Positions 37,294 to 47,116 are shown, counted from the first letter of the stretch. The stretch is DNA of 64,000 nt from Candidatus Levybacteria bacterium RIFCSPHIGHO2_01_FULL_40_16 (GCA_001783805.1 MFNS01000005.1:1636-65635), one strand, 5' to 3'. Numbers and translations: made by a program. Notes: a model not told the origin generated them from the sequence alone.

Positions 37294-39033
37294 TTAATTA
37301 ACCGTTTGGGAGAGTTTGGAGAGCGGCGTTGCGGTGGGCCTTGGGGCATCATAAGATGGTTTAACTGCATCTGTAGCCGGAAGCGAAAAAGAAAAGGTCG
37401 TGCCTTGTCCCGGAACGGATTTTACCCATATCCTTCCCTCGTGTGATTCAATGATCCCCTTGACCAGATAAAGTCCCAGTCCCGTACCCATGGTAGTAAT
37501 TTCTTCGGACGTATTTTTGGCCTGCGTATACTTGGAGAAAAGCAATTTTTGCTGTTCGGGCGAGAGTCCGACTCCGTTGTCCGAGACGGAAACCACAATA
37601 TATTTGTCCAGACTTAAAAACTCTCCCATCGGCGATATGCCGTCCAAAACCGGAGGAATAGTTTTGTAGTCTATTTCAACCTTTATTTTTCCTCCCTCCG
37701 GGGTGAATTTGAGGCTGTTTGACAATAAATTATCAATTACCTGGCTGATTCTTATTTCATCAAAAGAAATTTCCGGCAGAGATTTCGTAGCAACATTGAA
37801 GCTCAAGGAAATATTTTTCCGCTCTGCCTGAGGCGTAAAAGTTTGAATTTCATCTTTAATTAATTTGGCAATATCGCCTTTGGTTTTTTGCAGAACTAAT
37901 TTTCCCGCATCAAGCTTGGCAGTATCCAAAATCGAACCGATTTGTCCCAGAACTTTTTTTGCCTGCTGATGGATAATTTCCAAGAATTTTAATTTTTTGT
38001 CTTCCTCAAGAGTATCTTTGGACGTAACAATCAATTCTGCCGAATCTTTGATGGTTGTAACCGGCGCGCGTAATTCATGAACCATAATGTGGATCAAGTC
38101 TTCTTTCAGCAACTCTTTCTTTTTGTAGTCCGTCATGTCATGCAGGATAACCGATATCCGATCGTTTGGCATTGGATTTATAAAGATATTTAAGATATTG
38201 TTATTAACTTGAATTTCTTTGGCAAACTGTGGCTTTTTACTAATTAAAACTTCATTGATTTTGTTTCCCAAGTTGAAATTTTGCCCAAAAACATTTAAGA
38301 CATCAAAAAAATCAGCATTTAAGTTCACTCCCAAGATTTTTTTTGCGGAATCATTAATTATCAATAAGTTATTTTTACTGTCAGCCATAATGATTCCGTC
38401 ATTTATGCTCATAATTAATGAAGAGAATTTTTCTGTTTCCGAATCAACGGCCCGGCTAAAATGCGTTAAGGCCGATTGAGCCGTATCGATTAGCTCATGC
38501 AGATCTCCCATATCGGAGTAAGCATTTTCCGCAGTTGAGGATAGATAGATGAGAGCCAAGACTTTGTTGTTGGCAATAAGGGGTAGATGAAAAGATGATG
38601 AGTAGATTGATTTAACGGTATTATCTATAGGTATCCCGTACATCTGTCTGTCGATTTTCAAGGGCAGTTTGCCAACGAGTTTTTCAAATGAAGACAGCAT
38701 GTCTTCCTCAAGTTTTTTTACGTATTCCGGTCCAACCTGATCTTCGCAATAAATTTTAAAAACAATCCGTGCATCTTTTACCACCATGGATGCTGTTGCG
38801 GAATAACTAAAAAAATTCCGCAAGGAAACAATGATAATGTCAACTACTTTTTCGGGATCGGTTGAGTAAGCTATTTTTTCTTGAATCTCTTTAATTACGG
38901 ACAGCTTGTAAATCCTATCTTCTTCCTTCTTCCTTGTCCCAAGAGAAGCTTTCTGTAGCTTGTCATTTTCCAAAGATAGAAGAACAGCAATTAACCACCC
39001 TATTAGGAGGGTGATAAAAAAAGCAATTTCCAT
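37294..39033 (-). CDS. Sensor histidine kinase (TM, GAF-like, PAS, HisKA, HATPase)
   Basis: 'HELRAP' H-box, 'NLLSNSLKFT' N-box, 'DNGVG', 'GTGLGL', 'GQGTTF'. Confidence 0.96.
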   Translation of the reverse strand: MEIAFFITLLIGWLIAVLLSLENDKLQKASLGTRKKEEDRIYKLSVIKEIQEKIAYSTDPEKVVDIIIVSLRNFFSYSATASMVVKDARIVFKIYCEDQVGPEYVKKLEEDMLSSFEKLVGKLPLKIDRQMYGIPIDNTVKSIYSSSFHLPLIANNKVLALIYLSSTAENAYSDMGDLHELIDTAQSALTHFSRAVDSETEKFSSLIMSINDGIIMADSKNNLLIINDSAKKILGVNLNADFFDVLNVFGQNFNLGNKINEVLISKKPQFAKEIQVNNNILNIFINPMPNDRISVILHDMTDYKKKELLKEDLIHIMVHELRAPVTTIKDSAELIVTSKDTLEEDKKLKFLEIIHQQAKKVLGQIGSILDTAKLDAGKLVLQKTKGDIAKLIKDEIQTFTPQAERKNISLSFNVATKSLPEISFDEIRISQVIDNLLSNSLKFTPEGGKIKVEIDYKTIPPVLDGISPMGEFLSLDKYIVVSVSDNGVGLSPEQQKLLFSKYTQAKNTSEEITTMGTGLGLYLVKGIIESHEGRIWVKSVPGQGTTFSFSLPATDAVKPSYDAPRPTATPLSKLSQTVN

Positions 39034-39167
39034 AGACGTTTAGTTTCAATCCGCCTTCGTTCTAACGAACTTCGGCGAGATTTAAGCTCGATATATAAAA
39101 GTTTCGCAAATACCAAGAGAGATTGCAAGGGCTTTGCCGAGTCTAACTCGGCTTTGCCCTTGGAGCT

Positions 39168-39515
39168 TCAAGCGGATTTATGTTTTGACAGAGTTTCAAG
39201 TTTATCTCCCATATTTTTACTTCCGATGACAATAATGTAAGCCCCAAGCACAAAGAAGACTTGCCGGACGATTAATAAAAGACTAAGCGATGAGGGATTG
39301 TTTGAGGCTTGAACATATATTTCAATAGCATCGATGATGATTCCTAAAGCTAAAACGAATACTCCGATTCCGATTGTTCTAAATCCCATTGACAGAATTC
39401 CTGTGACAAAACGCCTGATGAAACGGGCCATGATTACTGCGGCGGCAATTGCTGCAAAAGCAGAGATAAAAGAAGCTGCTTCAATTAGAATTGGCAACAG
39501 TTTGGCGTAATTCAT
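39168..39515 (-). CDS. Small three-TM membrane protein in the two-component operon
   Basis: Three hydrophobic helices; lies between the regulator and the kinase. Confidence 0.7.
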   Translation of the reverse strand: MNYAKLLPILIEAASFISAFAAIAAAVIMARFIRRFVTGILSMGFRTIGIGVFVLALGIIIDAIEIYVQASNNPSSLSLLLIVRQVFFVLGAYIIVIGSKNMGDKLETLSKHKSA

Positions 39516-39526
39516 TTATAATATAA

Positions 39527-39898
39527 TTACATTTTAAGAGCTTGTTTTACTTTGTTAACCAGATCCTGGGGTTCAACTTGATATTTAAAGATATAGTCCA
39601 TAGCTCCGTTATTGATTGCTTCTTTGACCAATTCTTCCTGTGAAAAATTTGAGAGTATAAGAACCGGAATATTTTGTGTATCTGAGTCCATTTTTAGAGT
39701 CCGCAAGACTTCATTACCGGAGATGTCCGGAAGAACTTGATCCAAGAGTATCAGATCGGGTTTCTCCGAACGGGCCTTGTCAAGACCACTTTTTCCGTTC
39801 AAAGCAAAAATAGTTTCAAAACCGGCTTTTTGCAGCGCAGTTTCAAAAACCGCGCTTAGATTTTCATCATCATCAATAATCAAAACCTTCACTACCAT
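39527..39898 (-). CDS. Single-domain response regulator
   Basis: 'VLIIDDD', 'PDLILLD..LPD..G', 'ILSN', 'GAMDYIFK'. Confidence 0.95.
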   Translation of the reverse strand: MVVKVLIIDDDENLSAVFETALQKAGFETIFALNGKSGLDKARSEKPDLILLDQVLPDISGNEVLRTLKMDSDTQNIPVLILSNFSQEELVKEAINNGAMDYIFKYQVEPQDLVNKVKQALKM

Positions 39899-40064
39899 CA
39901 GGCTATCAGTTACGCCAAGTCTTGTCAATCCCTCTTCGTCGCTCCGCCGCTGAAGCTTTGAAGCGCAAGCGGCAAGACTTCGGATAGGGATTGATGCCTC
40001 CGTAGCCTCTGGCGAAGGGGTATCAATGGGTTTTTACTATGTTTGTGATAAAATAAATATTGCG

Positions 40065-41879
40065 ATGGATATAAAAGCGGAAATCATTTCGGTTATTAAG
40101 CAGTCTTTGGGGGAATTTACAAAGGAAAGAATCGAATTTTTGGTTGAAGAGCCGGAAAATGAAAGTTTTGGCGACTACTCGTCGAACATCGCACTTGCTC
40201 TGTTCTCAAAATCAAAAATCAAAAATCAAAAATCAAAAACACAGTTCAAAATTCAAAAGTTAAGAAGTCCCCCGGAGTTGGCACAAGAAATTATAGATAA
40301 ATTCATAATTCATGATTCGCAATTCATGATTCATTTTGACCGAGTTGAAGCAGTGAAGCCGGGATTTATCAATTTCTATCTCTCGCAAGATTATTTATTT
40401 TCACAACTGACAAGAATTTTGGAAGAAAAAGAAAAATTTGGTTCTAAAAGTGAAAATCCGAACAAGAAAGTTGTTGTTGAGTATTCCTCGCCAAATATAG
40501 CTAAACCCTTTACTGTTGGTCATCTTCGGTCAACAATTATCGGAGACGCCATCGCCAATTTGTTGCAAGCAAACGGGTGGAAAGTTTACCGGGATAATCA
40601 TCTGGGAGACTGGGGAACACAATTCGGAAAACAAATTTATGCCATCAAAACTTGGGGAGATGAAAACGAAATTAACAAAGTTGAGAATCCGGTCAGGGAA
40701 TTGGTGGCTTTATATGTCAAGTTTCACGAGGAAGCGGAAAGGAATCCGAAATTAGAAGAAAAAGCGCGGGAATGGTTTAAAAAGCTTGAAGACGGAGATG
40801 TAGAAGCGAGAAGACTTTGGAAAAAATGCGTTGAATGGTCGCTTGTGGAATTTAAAAAGATTTATGAAAAACTGAGAGTTGAATTTACGGAAAACAATGG
40901 ACTGGGTTATGGGGAAGCCTTTTTCGAAGATAGAATGACAGGAGTAATTAGGGAGCTTAAAGAAAAAAAATTACTCAAAAAAGGAGAACGGGGAGCGGAA
41001 TTGGTTTTCTTTGAAAAAGATAAATATCCGCCTCTAATGATTCTAAAGCAGGATGGAGCAACTTTGTATGCAACCCGGGACTTGGCAACGGACAAATTTA
41101 GGCTAGATAAATATGGAAAAGATATTGTCATAATCAACGAAGTTGGAGTAGAGCAGGCTTTATATTTCCGGCAGCTTTTTAAGGTTGAAAAAATGCTGGG
41201 GTGGGTTAAGGAAGGGCAGAGAATTCACAAAAGACATGGCTTGTATAGATTCAAAGACCAAAAAATGTCCACGCGCAAGGGGAATACAATTTGGCTTGAA
41301 GAAGTTTTGCAAGAAGCGGTTAAAAGAGCGGAAAAACTTGGTTCGGAAAATAAGGAAATAGCGGAAGAAGTTGGAATTGGGGCAATTAAGTGGAATGATT
41401 TGAAAAGAACTTCGGAACAAGATATTGTTTTTGACTGGGACGAAATTCTCAATATGCAGGGAGATTCCGGACCGTATTTGCAGTATGCGTTCGCAAGAAC
41501 GCAGAGCGTTCTTTTGAAAGCAACAAGTGATAAGAAAAAAGAAGCAAGTAGCAAAAATAAAATTAAAAATGAGATTGGCCTTGCAAGGATAATGCTTGCA
41601 AGGCCTCTCCTTGCAAGACTAGAGACGGAAGAGATTTCATTATTGCGGGCGTTGAATAGATTTCCGGAAGCGGTTAGTCAGGCGGGGGAGAAGTTTGCGC
41701 CGAATATTTTGTGCAATTATTTGTTTGGTCTGGCTCAAAAGTTTAATTTGTTTTACCAAAAACATAAGATCATTGGCTCGGAAAATCAGGATTTTCGCCT
41801 TAAACTAACTGCCGGAGTCGGGCAAATCATCAGAACAGGTCTCAACCTTTTGGGGATTGCTGCGCCGGAGAAGATATAG
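40065..41879 (+). CDS. argS: Arginine--tRNA ligase
   Basis: 'FGDYSSN', 'EYSSPNIAKPFTVGHLRS', 'GDWGTQFG', 'KMSTRKG', 'PYLQYA'. Confidence 0.97.
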   Translation: MDIKAEIISVIKQSLGEFTKERIEFLVEEPENESFGDYSSNIALALFSKSKIKNQKSKTQFKIQKLRSPPELAQEIIDKFIIHDSQFMIHFDRVEAVKPGFINFYLSQDYLFSQLTRILEEKEKFGSKSENPNKKVVVEYSSPNIAKPFTVGHLRSTIIGDAIANLLQANGWKVYRDNHLGDWGTQFGKQIYAIKTWGDENEINKVENPVRELVALYVKFHEEAERNPKLEEKAREWFKKLEDGDVEARRLWKKCVEWSLVEFKKIYEKLRVEFTENNGLGYGEAFFEDRMTGVIRELKEKKLLKKGERGAELVFFEKDKYPPLMILKQDGATLYATRDLATDKFRLDKYGKDIVIINEVGVEQALYFRQLFKVEKMLGWVKEGQRIHKRHGLYRFKDQKMSTRKGNTIWLEEVLQEAVKRAEKLGSENKEIAEEVGIGAIKWNDLKRTSEQDIVFDWDEILNMQGDSGPYLQYAFARTQSVLLKATSDKKKEASSKNKIKNEIGLARIMLARPLLARLETEEISLLRALNRFPEAVSQAGEKFAPNILCNYLFGLAQKFNLFYQKHKIIGSENQDFRLKLTAGVGQIIRTGLNLLGIAAPEKI

Positions 41880-42201
41880 GGGTTTTTATCAAATCAAGAT
41901 ATTTTTCAGGTCTGCCTTCCTCTGTCATTCTGGTCGGGAAAATAATTGCAAAACCTTTATGTCTTAACCAGCCATTAACGCGGGAAACTGTTCCTCGCGC
42001 ATTACAATGTCCAACGCACATGTCTTTTTCATTAAGCGCATTAAATTTTTTCTCAAAAATTGCAAACGCTGTTTTTGCTGTTGCCATTTCTAGGCACATT
42101 TTTGCCTTTGGGTTTTTTGCGATATAGCATTGACCGTCTGGAAGAACAATTTTCTCTTCTATATAATTTTCTTTAGCTTGAGTTGCTCTTTCTTGGCTCA
42201 T
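41842..42201 (-). CDS. Hypothetical protein
   Basis: 119-aa orphan; preceded by a promoter segment duplicated upstream of the next orphan. Confidence 0.55.
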   Translation of the reverse strand: MSQERATQAKENYIEEKIVLPDGQCYIAKNPKAKMCLEMATAKTAFAIFEKKFNALNEKDMCVGHCNARGTVSRVNGWLRHKGFAIIFPTRMTEEGRPEKYLDLIKTPISSPAQQSPKG

Positions 42202-42258
42202 ATTACCAATATGGATTATACCAAAGAGTACTCCTGATTGTCATTTTTTGGAGAAAAG

Positions 42259-42999
42259 TTATTGAAAATGGTTTGAGGTATTTCTTATTCGAATGAAGTG
42301 CTCACCTTGACCGTTAGGCTCTTTGTCTACGAAAATTTCCACATCTATAATCCTTAGGCCGGTATTAACAGTGGCAGTTCGCTGTTCTATCACATTACGC
42401 GGTAATAATGAACCCGGATTTTGCCTAATAAGTTCTTGCAGCCAAGCTTCCCTTGTGTGGCCTTCTTTGGAGGTAACCTTTTCTAATAATATTCTTGTTT
42501 TGGGATTGCTGGGAGTATACAATCTGCCGTTTACAAGGATACCTGAATTTTTTGGATAAACCATTTTTCTCCCCCTTTTAACGGGTTGTTTATTTTCTTG
42601 TTTGTTTAAGTGGTAAGCGCGGTCAACCGCTTTTGGTTTTCCTTCCGGAGAGTTTTGGTAAACAGTTTCCCATTTATAGTCCCATTTGGTATTGTTCCTC
42701 AAGGTTCCGCTTAGCGTGTCAACGATCATCATTGCTTTTCTTCTTAACTTTTCTCCGGCTAACTTTGAATTATCTTTTGTATTAGCATTATAAATTTCTC
42801 CTATTTGGGACAGAAAAATTTTATGTTCGGGAACACCTAATGATTGCCGAAAAACTTTTGCGCCTGTGCTTCCCCGTCTTAGCGTAAATTTCTCTCCGTC
42901 CGGTAAAGTAAAAGTATCAAGTGGGGGTCCTGATTTACCTTTTTCTCTGTGCGGATTTACCTCCTCCACGCCAATTATTTTTATTTGCTCTGCAGCCAT
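42259..42999 (-). CDS. Hypothetical basic protein
   Basis: 246-aa orphan ORF with TATAAT-containing upstream segment. Confidence 0.6.
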   Translation of the reverse strand: MAAEQIKIIGVEEVNPHREKGKSGPPLDTFTLPDGEKFTLRRGSTGAKVFRQSLGVPEHKIFLSQIGEIYNANTKDNSKLAGEKLRRKAMMIVDTLSGTLRNNTKWDYKWETVYQNSPEGKPKAVDRAYHLNKQENKQPVKRGRKMVYPKNSGILVNGRLYTPSNPKTRILLEKVTSKEGHTREAWLQELIRQNPGSLLPRNVIEQRTATVNTGLRIIDVEIFVDKEPNGQGEHFIRIRNTSNHFQ

Positions 43000-43069
43000 A
43001 TTGTAGATACGGATTATAGCAGAAAATACTCCCGATTGTCATTTTTTGGGGATTTGGTAGAATGAGAAC

Positions 43070-44344
43070 ATGAATTTTCATAGGAAGGTTTTGGCTAATG
43101 GCTTGCGCGTCTTGACTATTCCCATGCCCTCATTTGAGTCTGCTACAGTGATGGTCATGGTTGGGGCAGGGAGCCGTTATGAAACCCGGCTTAACAGTGG
43201 GATATCTCATTTTCTAGAACACATGGCTTTTAAGGGGACAGAGAAGCGTCCAACAGCCATGGAAATCTCCAGTCTGATCGACGGAATGGGAGGAGAATTC
43301 AATGCCTCAACCGGCAAGGAAGCGACTGCTTTTTACATCAAATCCGAAGCAAGCAAAGCAGAACTTTCCTTAGATGTGCTATCGGACATGCTGAAAAATT
43401 CCAAACTTGATTCCGGCGAAATTGAAAAAGAAAAAGGCGTGATTATTGAAGAGATCAACATGTGCGAAGACAATCCCATGAGAGATATCGGTGATGTTTA
43501 TGAGCGCTTGGTATATGGAGATACGCCGTTGGGGTGGAATATTGCCGGAGAAAAAGAGATTGTCAAAAAAGTGACTCGGGAAGATTTCATTAGCTACATT
43601 AAAAGCCTATATAGTCCGCATAACATAACAGTGGTCATTGCAGGCGGAATTGAGAGTAAAAAAGCCGTGGAATTAGTAGAAAAATATCTGGGAGATATGA
43701 AGAAGTTTGATACATTACGATATGATGAGTATGCAGAATTACAAATAAAACCGGAAATTTTTGTCAAGACCAAGAAAACCGAGCAAGTGCATATCGCAAT
43801 TGGCTTTAAAACCGTAAAAAATGAACATCCTGATAAATATCCTCTGGAGGTTTTGGCCGCAATCTTGGGCGGAGGAATGAGTTCCAGGCTTTTTCATGAA
43901 GTCAGAGAGAAAAGGGGAATGGGGTATTATATTGGAACCGGTTCCGAAGCTTATCAGGATGCGGGAAGTTTAATCACCACAGCCGGAATTGATCCTAAAA
44001 GAGTCAAGGAAGCGCTTAAAATTATTCTTGAAGAACACCAAAAAATCTCAAATCTCAAATCTCAAATCTCAAAAAGCGAGTTGAAAAAGGCAAAGGAATA
44101 CTTGAAGGGACATATGGTTTTGGGGCTTGAGAACAGCCGGTCGGTGGCGTATTACTACGCCGTACAGGAGCTTTTGGAGAAAAAAATTGACAATCCTGAC
44201 AAAATAATGAAAAAAATAGATGCCGTAACTGTTGAGCAAATTAAAAATGTAGCGAAAAAATATTTTGTTGAGAAAAATTTAAACATAGCCATCATCGGAA
44301 ATTTTACTTCTGGACAAGAGTTTCAAAACTTGCTAAAGTTATAA
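43070..44344 (+). CDS. M16 family zinc peptidase
   Basis: HxxEH 'HFLEH', 'GGEFNAST', 'LGGGMSSRLFHEVREKRG'. Confidence 0.95.
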   Translation: MNFHRKVLANGLRVLTIPMPSFESATVMVMVGAGSRYETRLNSGISHFLEHMAFKGTEKRPTAMEISSLIDGMGGEFNASTGKEATAFYIKSEASKAELSLDVLSDMLKNSKLDSGEIEKEKGVIIEEINMCEDNPMRDIGDVYERLVYGDTPLGWNIAGEKEIVKKVTREDFISYIKSLYSPHNITVVIAGGIESKKAVELVEKYLGDMKKFDTLRYDEYAELQIKPEIFVKTKKTEQVHIAIGFKTVKNEHPDKYPLEVLAAILGGGMSSRLFHEVREKRGMGYYIGTGSEAYQDAGSLITTAGIDPKRVKEALKIILEEHQKISNLKSQISKSELKKAKEYLKGHMVLGLENSRSVAYYYAVQELLEKKIDNPDKIMKKIDAVTVEQIKNVAKKYFVEKNLNIAIIGNFTSGQEFQNLLKL

Positions 44345-44416
44345 TTAGACTACAGTCTACAGGCTACGGGCTGCAGCTTGATGCGGTGGACCGTAGGCGG
44401 TAGTCAGTAGACGAGT

Positions 44417-44884
44417 ATGGAGCGTTCTGTTGTTTTGGTCAAACCTGATGGCGTGCAAAGAGGGCTAATCGGAGAGGTAATCCATCGGTTTGAAAGAAAA
44501 GGTCTGAAATTGATCGGTCTGAAAATGATCTGCTTAAACGATGCTGTTCTGGATGAATGGTACGTTCATCACAAAGATAAGCCTTTCTTCGGGGGATTGA
44601 AGTCTTACATGAAATCATATCCGGTAATTGCCATGCTTCTGGAGGGGAAAGATGTAGTTGCGACAGTCAGAAAAATGATTGGGATTACCCGCGCACGTGA
44701 TGCGGAGCCTGGGACTATCAGAGGGGATTTTGCCATGAGCCAGCAATACAATCTCATTCATGCTTCGGAAAGCATTGAAATTGCCAAAAAAGAGCAGGGT
44801 TTAATTTTTGATAAAGAAGAAATCTTTGAGTGGGATAAAAAAGATCTCAAAAACATCTACCTAGAGGACGAATTAAAAGGATAG
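44417..44884 (+). CDS. ndk: Nucleoside diphosphate kinase
   Basis: 'KPDGVQRGLIGEVI.RFE.KG', 'PGTIRGDF', 'NLIHAS'. Confidence 0.97.
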   Translation: MERSVVLVKPDGVQRGLIGEVIHRFERKGLKLIGLKMICLNDAVLDEWYVHHKDKPFFGGLKSYMKSYPVIAMLLEGKDVVATVRKMIGITRARDAEPGTIRGDFAMSQQYNLIHASESIEIAKKEQGLIFDKEEIFEWDKKDLKNIYLEDELKG

Positions 44885-44906
44885 CTTTGTTATCTGATCT
44901 TTATTT

Positions 44907-45077
44907 TTCTTGTACTTTTGACCGCAAAAGTACCAAAACTCTGCGAGCGGTAAAGTCGCGCTAAAATTATCTCGTTCGCTAGTCGGGTGATTTGCACCCC
45001 CTCCTCGACAAGTTTGCGAGGAATCCCCCTGACAGCTCACTTGACAATTTCTTGACGCGCTTTGTTTAATACTCGCA
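44907..45077 (+). repeat. Dispersed structured element, copy 4
   Basis: GTACTTTTG-ACCG-CAAAAGTAC hairpin and core TCGGGTGATTTGCACCCCCTCCTC...GAGGAATCCCCCTGAC. Confidence 0.85.
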
Positions 45078-45226
45078 TTTTTAAATTATTCATGCATTCA
45101 ACTGCGAACGACGGTCAATTTTTTTTGAGACGAGGAAAATTGCAAAGAGTATTAATTCAACCAAAACGCAGCATTGACCAAAGGCGTGCAGGTCTTGATC
45201 TCAAAATTTTCTGCTAGAATAAGTTC

Positions 45227-45580
45227 ATGGATCAGAAGTGGAAAATCTTATACTACAAAACTTCACAGGGAACTGATCCTGTTCATGATTTTATCGATAG
45301 CCTAGATGAAAAGATAAAAGCAAAGATTATAGATGCGCTAGATTTGCTCGAAGAATTTGGGGTAAGGCTAGGATTACCTCATGCCAAAAAACTAACAGGA
45401 ACTCCTTTATGGGAACTTCGGGTCGTTGGAAGCGGCAACATTAGAATTTTCTACGTTGCTGTCGTTAGTAAAACTTTTCTTCTGCTTCATGGTTTCCAAA
45501 AGAAAAAACAGAAAACAAACAGGAAAGAAATCAAAATAGCCATTTTTAGATTAAAAGAACATGTTGAGCGGTCAAAATAG
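45227..45580 (+). CDS. RelE/HigB-family (Gp49-like) toxin
   Basis: 'LPHAKKLTG..LWELR....IRIFY....FLLLHGFQKKKQKT..KEI'. Confidence 0.88.
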   Translation: MDQKWKILYYKTSQGTDPVHDFIDSLDEKIKAKIIDALDLLEEFGVRLGLPHAKKLTGTPLWELRVVGSGNIRIFYVAVVSKTFLLLHGFQKKKQKTNRKEIKIAIFRLKEHVERSK

Positions 45581-45622
45581 GTTCTTGCAATTATTACAAT
45601 ATTGTGATAATGTTATATTATT

Positions 45623-45892
45623 ATGGATTGGAAAACACATAGAGCAGAATTATTAAAAGATCCGAAAGTAAAAAAAACTTGGGAAGAAAATAGGCTGGAA
45701 TACGAAATTGCCAGAAGTATTATCCGCGCAAGAATAGGGCAGGATTTAACGCAGGAGCAATTGGCTCATAAGCTTAAAACCAGACAATCGGTTATCTCCA
45801 GAGTCGAAAATGCAAAAACAGTCCCCTCATTATCATTTCTAAAAAGGTTGGCAGCAGCGCTGAACACCTCACTCTCTGTCCAATTCCGCTAG
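45623..45892 (+). CDS. XRE-family HTH antitoxin (HigA-like)
   Basis: 'IIRARI..DLTQEQLA.KLKTRQSVISRVE....PSL.FL.RLA'; near-palindrome TTATTACAATATTGTGATAA in the intergenic region. Confidence 0.9.
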   Translation: MDWKTHRAELLKDPKVKKTWEENRLEYEIARSIIRARIGQDLTQEQLAHKLKTRQSVISRVENAKTVPSLSFLKRLAAALNTSLSVQFR

Positions 45893-45934
45893 CCATCCCT
45901 AAAATCTGATCTCGCAAGGCCTGGCCTTGCGAAG

Positions 45935-46324
45935 CTAAAAAGGCTCTTTTTGTTTGAAGCTTACGATAAATATTGTAAAGATGATTGCTTCCACGAGAAG
46001 GCAGTATTGGCAGAAGGCGTGTAGGACAAAGGCTTGAATGTACAGAAGGACAATTGAGACCGCAACTCCGGCTAAAGTGAGCCATTTAAAATATTTAATC
46101 CAGCCCAAAAGCAAAAGAAAAATAAGCACGAGGAAAAACAGGCTTCCGAAAAGAGAAATAGGAACACCGAAAATCGTGGCGAATTGACTTGTCAGGACTT
46201 TTTCGCAGCCATGGGTTATGCTACAGGGCGGAATAATGTTTTTGTAATGAACAATGGTTAAATAACTGCTGTCGAAAAATCCTGCAAGGGAGAGAATTAA
46301 GAGGACAATTTTTTTAAGAGTCAT
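45935..46324 (-). CDS. Vitamin K epoxide reductase (VKOR) family protein
   Basis: 'CSITHGCEKVLTS', CxxC 'CQYC', four TM helices. Confidence 0.93.
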   Translation of the reverse strand: MTLKKIVLLILSLAGFFDSSYLTIVHYKNIIPPCSITHGCEKVLTSQFATIFGVPISLFGSLFFLVLIFLLLLGWIKYFKWLTLAGVAVSIVLLYIQAFVLHAFCQYCLLVEAIIFTIFIVSFKQKEPF

Positions 46325-46362
46325 TTTTGTTAATCCGCCTTCGCTAGGGCTTCGGCAGGATT

Positions 46363-47013
46363 TCAGCGCGCTTCAATTTCATCTTGGATAACTTTTTTAA
46401 ACGCTTCGTAATCTGCCGGGCTTTGAATAAATTTTCCATTAATAAAAAAACTGGGAGTAAAATTAATTCCAATTGAGATTGCCTCATTTGCAGATTTGCT
46501 TATAAATTGTTTGGTCGAATTCGCATCTAAATCTTTGGCAAATTTATCCATACCCAGCTTTAAGTCCTTTGCGTAGCCAATAAATATGTCACGGGCCTCC
46601 CTATCAGACCAATCGTTTTGGTTTTCAAAAAGAAGATCGTGCATTTCCCAGAATTTACCCTGTAGACTTGCGGCATAAGCGGCTTGAGCTGAAAGCATGG
46701 CGTTTTGATGAATATTTGTTAAGGGGAAAAATCGATAAATCATCCTTAAATCCTTGTTAAAATCAGCTGAAAGCTTTGTTACCAAAGGAGCGTAGGTTTT
46801 GCATGCGGGACATTGAAAATCCGAATACTCAACCAAAGTCACGCGGGCGCTCGGACTTCCTATTGCGATATCCTGATTCGAAACCTCGGGAATTTTAATT
46901 GAGAGAGGAGTTGAAACTGATGGAGAGCTATTAACTGCGTTGATCAAAAGCCACATCCCACCGATCAAAACCGCAATTATTGCTGCCCAAATTCCCAATT
47001 CCTTAACTTTCAT
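46363..47013 (-). CDS. DsbA-family thiol:disulfide oxidoreductase
   Basis: 'EYSDFQCPAC', 'GKFWEMHDLLF', cis-Pro 'TPSFFING'. Confidence 0.93.
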   Translation of the reverse strand: MKVKELGIWAAIIAVLIGGMWLLINAVNSSPSVSTPLSIKIPEVSNQDIAIGSPSARVTLVEYSDFQCPACKTYAPLVTKLSADFNKDLRMIYRFFPLTNIHQNAMLSAQAAYAASLQGKFWEMHDLLFENQNDWSDREARDIFIGYAKDLKLGMDKFAKDLDANSTKQFISKSANEAISIGINFTPSFFINGKFIQSPADYEAFKKVIQDEIEAR

Positions 47014-47041
47014 ACGCTATATCTTAACACAAAACAATCAG

Positions 47042-47112
47042 TCGGGGTGCTGGGAATTGAACCCAGTCTATACGCACCCGAAGCGTACGTACTACCGTCA
47101 TACTCCACCCCG
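47042..47112 (-). tRNA. tRNA-Pro(CGG)
   Basis: Reverse complement CGGGGTG...TACGC-TTCGGGT-GCGTA...GGTTCAATTCC...CACCCCGA. Confidence 0.93.
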
Positions 47113-47116
47113 ATTG

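Noticed and set aside
37083-37446. 95-aa and 94-aa ORFs (likewise 2026..2226, 14669..14860, 35535..35723)
   Set aside because: They translate GC-rich repeat elements or overlap real genes and show no protein motifs.
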